Positions 37,152 to 50,659 of a stretch of DNA of 64,000 bases are shown piece after piece. Every line of letters starts with the position of its first letter. The first letter of the stretch is position 1. Where the stretch lies: the NCBI RefSeq assembly GCF_963921235.1, contig NC_086097.1:220102001-220166000 (forward strand), in the 5' to 3' direction. The position numbers were made by a program, and so were the translations under genes. The stretch comes from Mobula hypostoma. Taxonomy: Eukaryota. The notes below the pieces were generated by a model. The model worked only from the letters and a program-made list of their open reading frames with translations. It did no database searches and was not told the origin of the DNA.

Positions 37152-37778
37152 ATAGAACATAGAAATCGACAGCATATTACAGGCCTTTCGGTCCACATTG
37201 TTTTGATGACCATGTGACTTACTCTAGAAACTGCCTAGAATTTCCCAGTCACATATCCCTTTATTTTTCTAAGCTCCATGTACCTATCCAAGAGTCTCTT
37301 AAAAGACCCTATAGTATCCGTCTCTACCACCGTTGCCAGCAGTGCATTCCACACACCCACCACTCTGTCTGAAAAACTTATCTTTGACATCCCCCTGTAC
37401 CTACTTCCAAGCACCTTAAAACTATGCCCCTGGTGTTAGCCATTTCAACACCAGGAAAAAGTCTCCGGCTATCCACACTATCATTGCCTCTCATCATCTT
37501 ATACACCTCTATCAGGTCACCTCTCACCCTCCATCACTCCAAGAAGAAAAGGCCAAGTTCACTCAAACTATTCTCCTAAGGCATGCTCTCCAATCCAGGC
37601 AACATCCTTGTAGATCTCCTCAGCACTCTCTCTATAGTTTCTACATCCTTCCTGCAGTGAGGTGACCAGAACTGAAGACAGTACTCCAAATAGGGTCTAA
37701 CTAAGGTCTTACATAGCTTTAATATTATCTCATGGCTCTTGAACTCAATCCCACCATTGATGAAGGCCATCGCACCAT
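37152..37778 (-). mobile_element. CR1 3' fragment
   Basis: KTLVRPYLEYCLQFWSPHCRKDVETIERV. Confidence 0.85.
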
Positions 37779-38630
37779 ATCAGAATCAGAATCAGAATCA
37801 GGTTCATTATCACCGGCGTGTCTTGAAATTTGTTAACTTGAAATTTGTAACTGTAGCAGCAGTTCAATACAATACATAATATAGAAGAAAAATAAATAAA
37901 AATCAATTATAGTATATGTATATTGAATAGATTAAAAATCGTGCAAAAGCAGAAATAATATATATTTTAAAAGTGAGGTAGTGTTCACAGGTTCAATGTC
38001 CATTTAGGAATCGGATAGCAGAGGGGAAGAAGCTGTTCCTGAATCACTGAGTGTGTGCCTTCAGGCTTCTGTATTTCCTACCTGATAGTAACAATGAGAA
38101 AAGGGCATGTCCTGGGTGCTGGAGGTCCTTAATAATGGACAACTGCCTTTCTGAGACACCACACACCCAAGATGTCCTGGGTACTTTGTAGGCCCTACCC
38201 AACATGGAGCTGACTAAATTTATGACCCTCTGCAGCAGTCCTCCCATACCAGACAGTGATGCAGCCTGTCAGAATGCTCTCCACAGTACATCTATAGAAG
38301 TTCTTGAGTGTTTTTGTTGACATACCAAATCTCTTCAAACTCCTAATGAAGTATAGTCACTGTCTTGCCTTCTTTATAGCTGCATCGATACGTTGGGACC
38401 AGGTTAGATCCTCAGAGATCTTGATACCCAGGAACTTGAAGCTGCTCAGTCCCTCCACTTCTGATTGCTCTATGAGGATTGGTATGTGTTCCTTTGTCTT
38501 ACCCCTCCTAAAGTCTACAATCAGCTCTTTCATCTTACTGACGTTGAGCGCAACACCACTCCACTAGTTGGTATATCTCACTCCCTGTATGCCCTCTTGC
38601 CTTCATCTGAGATTCTACCAACAATGGTTA
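37779..38630 (-). mobile_element. Rex1/Babar 3' fragment with (CTGATT)n tail
   Basis: SIIKDLQHPGHALFSLLLSGRKYRSLKAHT; same family as 11533-11920. Confidence 0.88.
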
Positions 38631-40779
38631 TATGGGTTGATTCGTGTTCTTATTAACAGTCTTGTCAAATGAGCAGCGATAAACTAACAAGCAAATCACG
38701 GTAGATAACAATGCAAAGGCAGACATACAGGTGCTACAAGTGAACTTGGCATCAGGACGGTGCAAGTTTGCCAGCACTTGCAAATATTTTAACAAATAGC
38801 ACAGAGAACTATTGTGCAATGCCATTTGGACTCTACAAGCAAGAAAACATTCTGCATTGTGTTATGAGATAACATTGATAACTGTACAGTAAGCTTTACA
38901 ATATTCCCAAGACAAATGGTGTGATCTGCCATTGAGAGAGAGAATGAAACGTCAAGTCACATAGTTGGATGAACACACTGGAATGACCGCTGAAGTATGT
39001 CTTCCCCTATACCGGTGCTGGGTTAAGAGCAAAGCAGGGAATGTGTGCTGTGGTGTCCAAGTTTCTAAAGATTCCTGAACAATGCTGCGATCCGCAAGTG
39101 CATATAGTGCTGGGTTATTTTTATAGAACTATGCACTGTAAAACAATGGGTAGCATTTAGTTCTTGTCTAAGACCTTAGATAAGTCTCACATTGAACATC
39201 AAAATCTAGCTCAAGTCTCCTCACTTTGGAAAGACCGCAGTGGACGATTCCAATATAAAGTATGTTTTCTAACAGGATGGTCTCAGTAAACTGGGCAGAG
39301 ATTGGAATAATCTGGTCAAGGTGCACCAGGGCACAGAGAGCAATAGTGTTATTAGTACAATGTGACAGGCTGGCTAGCACAACAGTCACAATTTTATGAT
39401 AGTTATGGCAGAGCAGCGTGATGCTCTGCACAATTAGTGGATTTACAAATCAGGCTGCAGGGCCATGCAGTAGATGCTGATGCAAAGAATTTCTTCAAGC
39501 AAGAGCTGGATTTTACTGTCATTTTGACATTGGTATCATATTTCATTGCTCATCCGAGTATTTTCAGCTTATGCCTCAGGAATAAAAAATTAATGTCAAG
39601 TAAAGAATGTTTAATGACAAGTTTAAAGACATCTGGAAGATCATCTAAACTCACCACATCACTTATTTTCTACCTCCTTTCCAGAGGATCCTGATAGAAC
39701 AGACATCATCCCTGTATTTCATTTTCTACAAAGCTTCTGAAAAGAAAATGAGGGACTGCTTATTATGTAGAGAAAATAGTGTATGGTGTCTACTTTATCA
39801 TTATAATTTTACTGCTTTAACAATTACTGTAGACTGGAAGGAAACGGGAAATTGCACTAACTGAATAGATTGTGATAAATTCAATGTGAGACAATGGCTA
39901 AAGACACAAGAGAACTTCTGCTACTGCAGGAAGCAGAGAATAACAGATGATGTATGACTAAACATGATACATATATTTTTTCTGAAGACATTGCACCATT
40001 TACTCCCAGATGAGTCGAAGATTTTTCAATTTGAATATGAGTGAACTAAAGCCATTGTCTTCAATCCTCACAACAAACTCTGCTTCTTAGCCAATTAATC
40101 TATTTCCTTCCCTGATATTATTGCTTTGCTTATTCTTTCATAGGATGTGGAAGTTTCTGGCAATATCGGCATTTATTCTCTGTCCAATAATTACTCTTAA
40201 TGTCAGGAGGCAGCCAAGATTCAACCATACTACTAGGTCTACTGTCACCGTGATCAGTCACATGGATGATAGAAAAATGACGGGCTATGTAAGAGGGAAG
40301 GGTTAGATTGATCTTAGAGTAGGTTATAATGTCAGCACATTATCATGGGCTGAAGGGCCTGTATTGTGTTGTAGTGTTCTATGAAACAGTCAGGATGACA
40401 AATTTCCCCCAACGTCCACTAAGAATGCCAGCAAATCTGTGTTTTCAAGGCAATCTTACGATTTCATGTTTAATATTAGTGAAATGGAGGAATTTAAGGT
40501 GGGGGGTTATATGGGAGGCAGGGTTTGAGGGTCAGCACAACATTGTGGCCCAAAGGGCCTGTAATGTGCTGTACTATTCTATGTTCTATGTTAAATTAGC
40601 ATTTTTTATTTAAATTCCCCAATGGGGGATTCAAACTTAACGTATCTGGATCGAAGGTCGGGGAATCCAGCTGCTAATCGAGTAACTTACTCTTGTGGCA
40701 TTACCCTAGGAACTGAATCAAATTATTTACAGCCTTAAGTGACATATTTGACCCAAAAATAAGCTTCAAAGCCAGATTC

Positions 40780-41345
40780 CTACCATCATAACACCAACTA
40801 TTTCCACTTTCATATCATTGCCGGATTCCACCACAGACTCAGCTCATCTGCTGTTATAATCAGCATCCAATACTTCACCAAATCTTGATTTAACGACGTC
40901 AGTATCTTCCTGATCAACCTTTCTCATTCTGCTCTCTGTCTACTTGAGTTCCCTCAAAAGTAGATTGGCTATTTCCTAGTTCTCTTGTGTTTCCTCAAAT
41001 CCAATTAAGCAATGCATTGACTATAAAACTTTGACACTTATTTACTCCCAGTGTCCTCTATGATTTCACCTCCTTTTGTTATCTGATCCAATTCTATAAT
41101 CCCATGAGCCTAGTCTGCCTCTTGATCAAACACAAACCAGCAGCCGTGCAATCGACTGTCTGAATTTTAAGCTTTTTAATTCCTTCCCTAAATCTGTCTA
41201 CCTGTGAATCACTCTCCCCTCCTTTAAGGCACTCTTTAACCAAGCTTTTAGTCATTTGCCCCATAATCAGTTCATGAGGTATCAAATTTTGATTGATAAT
41301 ATTTCTGTAAAGTACTTTTAGGGTGTTTTCCTACGTTAAACATCC
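40780..41345 (+). mobile_element. Old L2-type LINE 3' remnant
   Basis: AATTCCTTCCCTAAATCT..., CCTTTAAGGCACTC...CCAAGCTTTTAGTCA, CTACGTTAAA end. Confidence 0.5.
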
Positions 41346-41479
41346 ATGCAAGTTGAAATGGAAATTGTTTAAATTGTAAAAGATTTCGGGATAATAAAGC
41401 ATGGGGAGAGAGAAAATGCTGGTGCTATGGTAAAAGAGAGAAAATGAACCTTATCTACCTGGTCGAAATCTACGGGAAT

Positions 41480-42995
41480 GGCCTCCAGGGGCATTGGCAT
41501 AAGAACAGATATAACCATGTAAAGCTGTAGCACCTGATAACATACCCACTAAAGGACTGTGCAGTCCAGTTATCTGAGGTGCAAACATCTTCAACATTTC
41601 TCTGGAACAATCCACTGTCCCTGCAGGCTTCATAGTGGCTACCAGCATCCAAGAAATAACCTGCTTCAATGCCTACTGGCAAGGGCACTGACCTCAATAT
41701 CAATGAAGTGTTTTGAGCAGCTGGTTATAGATTGCATTAAGTCCTATCTTTCTGCCACATTGGAGCCTTTCCAGTTCGCTTATTACTCGAATTGGTCCAC
41801 TGACGATGCCATAGCCTTGCATTCCACTCCATCCTGCCCCATCTGGAAAACGGTGCCTCGTATGCCTCAGCTTAACATTTAATGTGATCATCGCACAGAA
41901 GCAGGTGGGTAAACTGTCCTCGTTGGACCTCAACACCTCCTTCTGCAACTGGATCTGGGCTTCCTGACAGACAGTGTTAGCAGAAACACCCTTTGCTTTA
42001 GCATGCTCAGCGCCACCGTCCACAGGGCTGCACGCTCGGCCTGCTGCTGTTCGCGATGCTAACAGTATGACTGCACTGCTAGATCCAGTTCGAACTGAAT
42101 CATCAAGTTTGCTGATGACACAACAACGTTTGGTTCCCATCAGCAACGACGATGAGACAGCATACAGTGAGGAGGTAGAGGTAGAATGGTGAGAGCACTA
42201 CAACCCGAGTCTCCATACGGACAAGACCAAAGAGATGATGGTGGACTTTAGGACGGTGCAGACTGCACTCCTCACTGAACATAAATGGCTCCAATGGTTA
42301 GGAGCACCAAGTTTCTGGGACTGCACATGATGGACGATCTCAACACCATCTCTTTGCACAAGAAAGCAGAGCAGCATCTTCACTTCCTGAGAAGATTGAG
42401 GCGAGCAGGGCTCCCACCCTTCCCCAACCCATTCTAATCCATTTTATAGGAGTTACATCGAGAGTGCCCAGAGCAGCTGCTGCATCACCGTCTGGTATGG
42501 AAATACAAGGCACCTGACCACAAGACCCTACAAAGGATTATGAGGACTGCTGAGAGGATTATCGGGGTCACTGTTCCACCCATTAGAGATATTTTTCCAG
42601 AGCGCTGTATATGCAGGGCGCATGGCATTGTCACTGATCCCTCACATCCGTCCGACAATCACTTTGACACCCCCTCCCCCCCACTATTAGGCAGGACGTA
42701 CCATGGCGTTAGGCCAATACTGTTAGGATGGGAAACAGCTTCATCGCCCAGGCTGTAAGACTAATGAATTCCCTGCCATCACCCTAGACTCATTATATAT
42801 TAAGTACCTGTTGTGTAATTCTGCTTGCTTTTTAACTTGTGTCACAGATGCACCTTATTATTTGTTAAATTATTTGTGGTAATATTACAATATGTGTTGT
42901 ATGTGAGTTATATGTACAGTGCTAGAGGAACATCGCTTCATTTGATGGTATAAATGCTTATGGTTCAATGACAATAAACTGAACTTGAACTTGAA
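41480..42995 (+). mobile_element. Degenerate Rex1/Babar LINE
   Basis: ALTSISMKCFEQLV...LEPFQFAY; IIKFADDTT; (ACTTGA)n tail. Confidence 0.85.
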
Positions 42996-43359
42996 CAGTC
43001 CCACTAATTTGGCACAACTGACATTGAAATAGGAAATCCAAATCAAGCTGAAGAGAAAACTGCAAATATTTTTCCTGACATTCCTCACGTTTACAGGTTA
43101 ATGATCTCAGTTCCTGGACTGGGAGAGTTCTCACAGCCCAGGTCAGTGTAAAGAGACATGAAATTTACAGTTAAGCGCGAAATAAAAAGCATCTGAAGTA
43201 CAGTATGTGGGAATAGTGGCTGTATGTTGCTCTATTGAATATTTTACCCGGTTAAGAAACAAACTTTCCACTGTCTCCAGATAGAAACTAGTTCAATTTC
43301 CACTCAATGTATTTCAAGTAATGAAAACCACAAATTTCAGTCATTCTATATTGAACATG

Positions 43360-43690
43360 CTAAACAAAATACACTTGCAAAACTGCAAAAAAAATCATCT
43401 GCTGGAGGAGATCAACAAGTCGAGCACCATCTGTGGGTGGGTTAGGAACAGCTGGGTCAAATCTTTGCATCAGGTTGTCACCCTATGCTCTGTGCCCATG
43501 TTGCTCCTTCAGCTAAGCTTTTCGCTGCATGCATGAACTTGTACATATGACAATCAATTCAACTGCGACTTCGGTTCTGACACAAAATGTTGACAATTCT
43601 TTTCACTAATCCTGCTTAACACACTAAGTTCCTCTGGAGATGATTTGTTGCTCTAGATTCCAGCATCTGCAGTCTCGTGCATCTCCATAT
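43360..43690. mobile_element. Degenerate fold-back of Penelope termini
   Basis: AAATCATCTGCTGGAGGAGATCAAC faces AAGTTCCTCTGGAGATGATTT; TTCCAGCATCTGCAGTCTC end. Confidence 0.5.
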
Positions 43691-45037
43691 TGGTCATTAA
43701 AAGTTTTTTTAAAAATGTTTATTTCCAGTTATGCTTTTCCTGGAAATTAAACAACAGATTATATACATGCTCATGTTTTCATCTCACTAATAATGTAATG
43801 GATGTAGTATTTTGAAGGCTTGGCCTGTAATGCTCAGCGTCATCCTTTCTCAGCTCTGGTATGTTAATATCTTGTTTAAATGAGACTGGCAGGTGGCATT
43901 GTTAAGAATAATTCAGTGCTGTAGCTCATGTTGCCCTCACTAAATCATTAAGGGTCCTAATATCAAAGAGGAGCTAGCATCTTCTTATCCAGATTGAATC
44001 TGAGCCTGGATATAGGAAGGGAAATGAACATTCTCTTACCTACTGAGCCACTCAAATCCCAGGATCTTATGCAATCCTGCAAGGCATTTGAAGGCATCTT
44101 GCTGATAAGCTTAATACCTTGACTACTGAAGCACGATAATATGTAATTTACACTTGCATTTTGAATCGACTTAATATTCCTGTGGATAAAGTTATTTGTA
44201 CCGGCTATCTAAAAACCATTACCAATATCTCTGAATGCAAAATGAGTTAATGTTTGCTGGGTTTGTGCTTAGAATAAACAGGATGCTGTCTTCAGTGGGT
44301 AGTGAGAAATGGGTACCACTTGTAATTTTGTTTTTCCAAAAACAGAAACCATATTGCGAGAATTCACAGTGACTGCATCAGTTCTGGATGAGTCTCAAGT
44401 GAGGCAACATTTGCTAAGTCCTGGATAAACTGTTCTCCATTTAGAGGAGCATTTGAATGTCTGACCATATCCTGGGCTTCTACAGAGCAAAGCTCACTTT
44501 CTATCTTTCGGTTCCATCCCATTTCTATCTAGTTTTCCTGCCTGTGCTTGTCAAGAGTACCAGGCCAAATTTTAAATTATTTTTAAAAATTAAAAAAACC
44601 AGTGATTCAAGTAACTCTACCCTCAAAGGACGAAAGCAGGAAAATGCAGCCTCAGGTATTCAGTTTCAGGAGTTTGTGATATCTTGCATCTGTCATGTAA
44701 ATAGGGGGAAAGCCTCAATATCACAGCAGATCAATATCTGTAAGGAACAAACTGCAGGTTACCATGCCTGAACAATGAAAGAGTGCACACCATAATGTGT
44801 TCTATTCTGGCTTTCCTTGTTACAAATGCAGACGGGCTCCCTTTACGCTTTCCTTTTTCATAACTCTCATCTGATCACTATCATAATGCCAAACCATCAA
44901 CTTCCTACAGAATTGCAAAATCTTCCACAAATTATGTCCTAATTAAATCCAACTACAGTCAACAGAAGTATCCAGGCAACATACATCAAAGTTGCTGGTG
45001 AACGCAGCAGGCCAGGCAGCATCTATAGGAAGAGGCG

Positions 45038-45075
45038 CAGTCGACGTTTCAGGCCGAGACCCTTCGTCAGGACTA
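45038..45075 (-). ncRNA. Minimal type-I hammerhead ribozyme, intact core
   Basis: Minus: tagtc CTGACGA agggtctcggcct GAAA cg TC^gactg; stem I tagtc/gactg, stem II hairpin, palindromic ACGT stem III; predicted cut between 45043 and 45042. Confidence 0.8.
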
Positions 45076-45366
45076 ACTGAAGGAAGAGTGAGTAAGGGAT
45101 TTGAAAGCTGGAGGGGGAGGGGGAGATGCAAAATGATAGGAGAAGACAGGGGGGGGAGGGATAGAGCCGAGAGCTGGACAGGTGATAGGCAGAAGGGGAT
45201 ACGAGAGGATCATGGGACAGGAGGTCCGGGAAGAAAGACGGGGGGAGGTGACCCAGAGGATGGGCAAGAGGTATATTCAGAGGGACAGAGGGAGAAAAAG
45301 GAGAGTGAGAGAAAGAATGTGTGCATTAAAAAGAGTAACAGATGGGGTACGAGGGGGAGGTGGGGC

Positions 45367-46175
45367 CTAGCGGAAGTTAGAGAAGTCAATGTTCATGCCA
45401 TCAGGTTGGAGGCTACCCAGACGGAATATAAGGTGTTGTTCCTCCAACCTGAGTGTGGCTTCATCTTTACAGTAGAGGAGGCCGTGGATAGACATGTCAG
45501 AATGGGAATGGGATGTGGAATTAAAATGTGTGGCCACTGGGAGATCCTGCTTTCTCTGGCGGACAGAGCATAGATGTTCAGCAAAGCGGTCTCCCAGTCT
45601 GCGTCGGGTCTCACCAATATATAAAAGGCCACATCGGGAGCACCGGACGCAGTATATCACCCCAGTCGACTCACAGGTGAAGTGATGCCTCACCTGGAAG
45701 GACTGTTTGGGGCCCTGAATGGTGGTAAGGGAGGAAGTGTAAGGGCATGTGTTGCACTTGTTCCGCTTACACGGATAAGTGCCAGCAGGGAGATCAGTGG
45801 GGAGGGATGGGGGGGACGAATGGACAAGGGAGTTGTGTAGGGAGCGATCCCTGCGGAATGCAGAGAGAGGCGGGGAGGGAAAGATATGCTTAGTGGTGGG
45901 ATCCCGTTGGAGGTGGCGGAAGTTACGGAGAATAATATGTTGGACCCGGAGGCTGGTGGGGTGGTAGGTGAGGACCAGGGGAACCCTATTCCTAGTGGGG
46001 TGGTGGGAGGATGGAGTGAGAGCAGATGTACGTGAAATGGGGGAGATGCGTTTAAGAGCAGAGTTGATAGTGGAGGAAGGGAAGCCCCTTTCTTTAAAAA
46101 ATGAAGACATCTCCCTCGTCCTAGAATGAAAAGCCTCATCCTGAGAGCAGATGCGGCGGAGACGGAGGAATTGCG
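45367..46175 (-). pseudogene. Penelope RT C-terminus, Cys knuckle and GIY-YIG endonuclease (open, 5'-truncated)
   Basis: QFLRLRRICS...CKRNKCNTC...GVIYCVRCSRCGLLYIGETRRRLGDRFAEH...PVATHF...EQHLIFRLGSLQPDGMN, no stops. Confidence 0.93.
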
Positions 46176-46188
46176 AGAAGTATCCAGG

Positions 46189-46960
46189 AGTCAGAATGGT
46201 AAATGAAATAAAAAGAGGAAATGGGAAGGGGGAAAAATTACCAGAAGTTAGAGAAATTGATATTCTTACTGTTAGGTTGGAGGCTACCCAAATGGAATAT
46301 GAAGTGTCGCTTCCTCAACCTGGGAGTGAACTCACCACAGCAGTAAAGGATGACATGGACCAACATATTGGAATGGGAATGGGAAGTAGAGTTAAAATGA
46401 ATGGCCACCAGTCTTGATGAAGAACCTTAGCTGAAATGTCAACTGTTGATTCATCTTCATAGATGCTCTAGTATTTGATAGACAGGAGAAATTCTGCAGA
46501 TGCTTGAAGTCCAAAAAGCAACACTGGGAGGGAAGAGGGAAGATGACAGAATAAAAGGTGGGGGGGGCGGGGAGAGGGGAAAGAATATATATATTGAAGT
46601 TGATAGGTGAAGCCAAGGGGTAGGAAAAGTAAAGGGCTGGAGAGGAAGAAATCTGATTGGTGAGAAGAGTGGACTAAAGGAAAAACTGGCCCCTTAGCTC
46701 TTCTCACCTGCCTTTCACCTCCCCCTCTGTGCCCTCCTCCTTCCCTTTCTCCTATGGTCCATTCAAATCTCCTATCAGTTTCATTCCTCTTGGCTTCAGC
46801 TATCACTTTCTAGCTATCCTCCCTCCCTTCTCCACACTTTTTTATCCTGTCATCTTCCCACATCCTGAAAAAGGATCTTGACCTGAAACGTCGATAGTTT
46901 ATTCCTCTCCATAGATGCTGCCTGACCTGCTATGTTCCACTAGTATTTTGTGCGCTTAGC
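46189..46960. mobile_element. Cluster of older Penelope-derived fragments in alternating orientation
   Basis: GIY-YIG C-terminal remnant 46240-46410; decayed hammerheads at 46409-46445 (TTGATGA) and 46862-46896 (CTGAAAA). Confidence 0.75.
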
Positions 46961-47004
46961 TGAGAGTTTCCCACAACCACTAAAAGTGACAGTGACCCTT
47001 GATG

Positions 47005-47240
47005 GATTCAAAGGTTCAAAGATTCATTTATTATTAAAGTATACTAATTGAAATCCTTCTTCTCTGGGTAAACATGAAACCAAGAAAGAAAAGGAAGGCA
47101 GCACAGTCATCATCCCCCAAAAACAGAACAGGGACATCAACCCCCAAATCCCTCCTCCAGCACAAAAAAATGAACAAAATGGGAAAGGCACATCAACCCC
47201 AAAATCCCTCCTCTGACAAAAAAAATGAACAAAAAACAGG
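47005..47240 (-). mobile_element. 3' end of the retroposon family at 23870-24902
   Basis: Reverse-complement match to ~24700-24902. Confidence 0.7.
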
Positions 47241-48224
47241 CACATTGAGAGACTTTTGACCTAACCATCCTAGAACATGCATTTATTTATGGCTTCACAC
47301 AGTCAGGAGATTCATATTTTATATTGTCAGATAAACTAATAAAACACTAATTCAACAAACTGAGCAAAGTGTGCAGTTAATCTACTTTTAATGGCATAGC
47401 AGAGGCAAAATGCTGCCAGGATACCGGGAGAAAGTGCAGTTCTCCTGAACTCAGTATCACTTACAGACACCTGGTCAAGTAGACAAGATCACAATTTAAA
47501 ACTTCATACAATTCTGAAATCCAAACATTCCACGACAGTCATGTTGACATTATGTACACAAGAACATTACGTGTTATAAATCCATATTATTCCTGGATCA
47601 CTGAATATAATAGGAATTACTGTTTTTTTCCCCCATAAATAACTTAGTTGTCCACTTATTCATCCATTAAGCACAAATATCATAATTTTATTCACAGGAA
47701 AACAATATTAGTTATTACAGTTCACATATTTTATATATCATACTGTAATATTCAATATACATTTTGTAGTAATTATAATGCTAGTAGGCACATTTTCAGT
47801 TGAAAGAGCTCTATGTTTTTATATATGAGAAATTATGTCACTAATTCATATAACTTCTCTCAGGTTACTTTTGATATATTTTCTTTCTTTTTATTATATA
47901 TAGAATTGCATTAGAAAAATCAGAAACAGCTGGCCCAATCCCGCTGGGTCAGTTGCACTGACTAAAACAATCATGATGTTATCACATCAGTCAATGCCCC
48001 TCTTGCTGCTGCCAAACAGGATCCGAATGTCAAAAACATGGGAATCCACAGCTGCAGGCTAGGCACAGACAGCAATCCCCCTGGGAACCTAGCAGCACAT
48101 CCACTCTCCATCAAACATTCAATTAGGCTTCATTTGTATTTCTCAGATGGACTTGTTTATTCTAAAACTGGTAATTGGGGGACCACTTTGTCAAGCACCT
48201 CCACTCCATCCACCAAAAGTGGAA

Positions 48225-48780
48225 TTAACCATTTTAATTCCTATCCCCATTCCCCATTCCTATTCTGAGATCAGTCCGTGGCCTCCTCTTTTGCCATGAT
48301 CAGCGTGGAGAAGCAACACTTCATGTTCCATCACAGAGACGCCAATCTGGTGGCATGAACATCGATTTCTCCTTCAAGTACTTTTTCCCTCCCCCTTTCC
48401 TCTTCTATTCCCCACTGGCCTCTTATCTCTTCTCCTCATCTTCCTATCATCTCCCCCCAATGCCTCTCCTTCTTCCCCTTCTCTCACAGTCCTCTCACCT
48501 ACCCTAACCTAAATTCCCTTCTTCTCCGGACCTTTACATTTCCCACCCACCTGGGTTCACCTATCACCTTGTAGCTAGTGTTTCTTCCCCTCCCCACCCC
48601 ACCCCACTTTTTAAAATCTGGTATCTTCCTCCTTTCCTTTCCAGTCCTGACGAAGGGTCTCAGCATGAAATGTTGATTATTTATTCATTTCTATAGATGC
48701 TACCTGACCGGCTGAGTTCCTCCAGCATTTTGTGTGTGTTGCTCTGGACTTCCAGCATCTGCAGAATCTGTTGTGTTTAC
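48225..48780 (+). mobile_element. Penelope-derived 3' fragment with hammerhead motif (48643-48678)
   Basis: CATTTTAATTCC..., GGCATGAACATCGATTTCTCC (GMNIDFS); agtc CTGACGA agggtctcagcat GAAA tg TT gatt. Confidence 0.8.
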
Positions 48781-49134
48781 CATCAGTAGAATCTTACGTT
48801 TGTAGTGTGAACATTACTATCATTTAAGGCTTTTTAAGCTAATAACTGTTTGTCAGTAATGATCTTCTCTGAGAGAATAGACATACACACAGATCCAATT
48901 TTCAATCCATGAAATAACTTGGGGACTGCTGCCATGATCCAGATTAATTATATATCATAGTATGATGACAAATGGATATAGACACATATAGCTATTTGTA
49001 AATTGAATCTACTAAAAATCCAAAAATGCTGAGCAATTCTTGAATACTGAATGCACCTTTTAAAACTATTAAGTCACTGGACAGATAAATCTGTACAGTT
49101 TGAAAGAGCCCAGTAATTAAACTGTTGACATAAA

Positions 49135-50185
49135 TTTATACCTTACTTTATACTTTATTGTTGCCAAACAATTGATACTAGAACGTACAATCATCACAGC
49201 GATATTTGGTTCTGTGCTTCCCGCTCCCTGGAGTACAAAGCGATAGTAAGTATTAAAAACTTAAATTATAAATCATAAATAGAAAATAGAAAAGGGCAAG
49301 TAAGGTAGTGCAAAAAAAAAAGAGGCAGTTCCGGGTATTTGGAGGGTACAGCCCAGATCCGGGTCAGGATCCGTTCAGCAGTTTTATCACAGTTGGAAAG
49401 AAGCTGTTCCCAAATCTGGTCGTACGAGTCTTCAAGCTCCTGAGCCTTCTCCTGGAGGGAAGAGGGACGAAAAGTGTGTTGGCTGGGTGGGTTGTGTCCT
49501 TGATTGTCCTGGCAGCACTGCTCCGACAGCGTGTGGTGTAAAGTGAGTCCAAGGACGGAAGATTGTTTCGTGTGATGTGCTGGGCTGTGTTCAAGATCTT
49601 CTGCAGCTTATTCCGGTCTTGGACAGACAACTTCCATACCAGGTTGTGATGCACCCCAGAAGAATGCTTTCTACGGTGCATCTATAAAAATTAGTGAGGG
49701 TTTTAGGGGACAGGCCAAATTTCTTTAGCTACCTCAGGAAGTAAAGGCGCTGGTGGGCCTTCTTGGCAGTGGACTCTGCTTGGTTGGACCAAGTCAGATC
49801 ATTTGTGATATTGACCCCGAGGAACTTAAAGCTTTTGACCTGCTCCACTTGCGCACCACCAATATAAATGGGTTTGTGCAGTCCGCTACTCCTTCTGAAG
49901 CCAACAACCAATTCCTTCGGCTTGCTGACGTTGAGGGATAGGTTATTGTCTTCGCACCATGCCACCAGGTTCTTAATTTCCTCTCTGTACTCAAACTCAT
50001 CATTACCCGAGATACGGCCTACAATTGTGGTGTCATCAGCAAACTTATATATTGAGTTCAATGGAAACTTGGCTACACAATCATGGGTGTAATGTTGAGT
50101 ACAGCAGGGGGCTGAGTACACAGCCTTGTGGGGCACCGGTGCTCAGAGTGATTGTAGAGGAGAGCTTGTCCCTATTTTTACAGCC
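49135..50185 (-). mobile_element. Young Rex1/Babar LINE, same family as 8325-9590
   Basis: YTHDCVAKFPLNSIYKFADDTTIVGRISGNDE...KKAHQRLYFLR; RFGNSFFPTVIKLLNGS. Confidence 0.93.
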
Positions 50186-50659
50186 TGGATCCTTACCAGA
50201 CAAGTTCTAAAATGTTCAATTACAACTTAAGATTCGATGGCATTGGTATATTATTGTCACCATGAACCAAAATACAATGAAAAGCTTGTCTTGCATACTG
50301 CTGATACAGATCAAATCATTGTACAATGCATTAAGTGAGAATAAATACTAAAATCTACTGGGGAAAAAAAAGTAGTGAAGGTAAATGATAGCAAGATCAT
50401 AACCTGTAGATTCAAAGACCAAGAATCTATCTTATCATACAGGAGGTCCATTTAAGAGTCTGATAACAATGGGATAGAAGCTGTCCCTGAGCCTGGTGGG
50501 ACAAGCATTCAAGTTTTTTTTAATCTTTTGCCCAATGAGAAAAGGGAAAAAGGAATCCTGGGGTGGTTGGGGTCTATGATTATGCTAGCTACTTTACTGA
50601 GACAGCATAGACTTAGTCCTTAGATGGGAAACTGGTCCCCGTGTTTATTTATTTTTATT

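Larger units (their letters stand above)
44977..46175 (-). mobile_element. Young 5'-truncated Penelope-like element (Neptune type)
   Basis: Perfect 13-bp TSD AGAAGTATCCAGG (44964-44976 / 46176-46188); intact C-terminal ORF; hammerhead in 3' terminus; CpGs retained. Confidence 0.95.

Noticed and set aside
39653..39736. Minus-strand segment with strong splice-like signals
   Set aside because: Stops in all three frames
43097..43141. 45-nt plus-strand exon-like segment (TTTACAG...CAG|GTCAGT)
   Set aside because: Plausible signals but short, unrecognised and opposite in strand to the other candidates
44992..45573. 193-aa plus-strand ORF and other antisense ORFs over LINEs
   Set aside because: Shadow frames of transposon sequence with low-complexity composition
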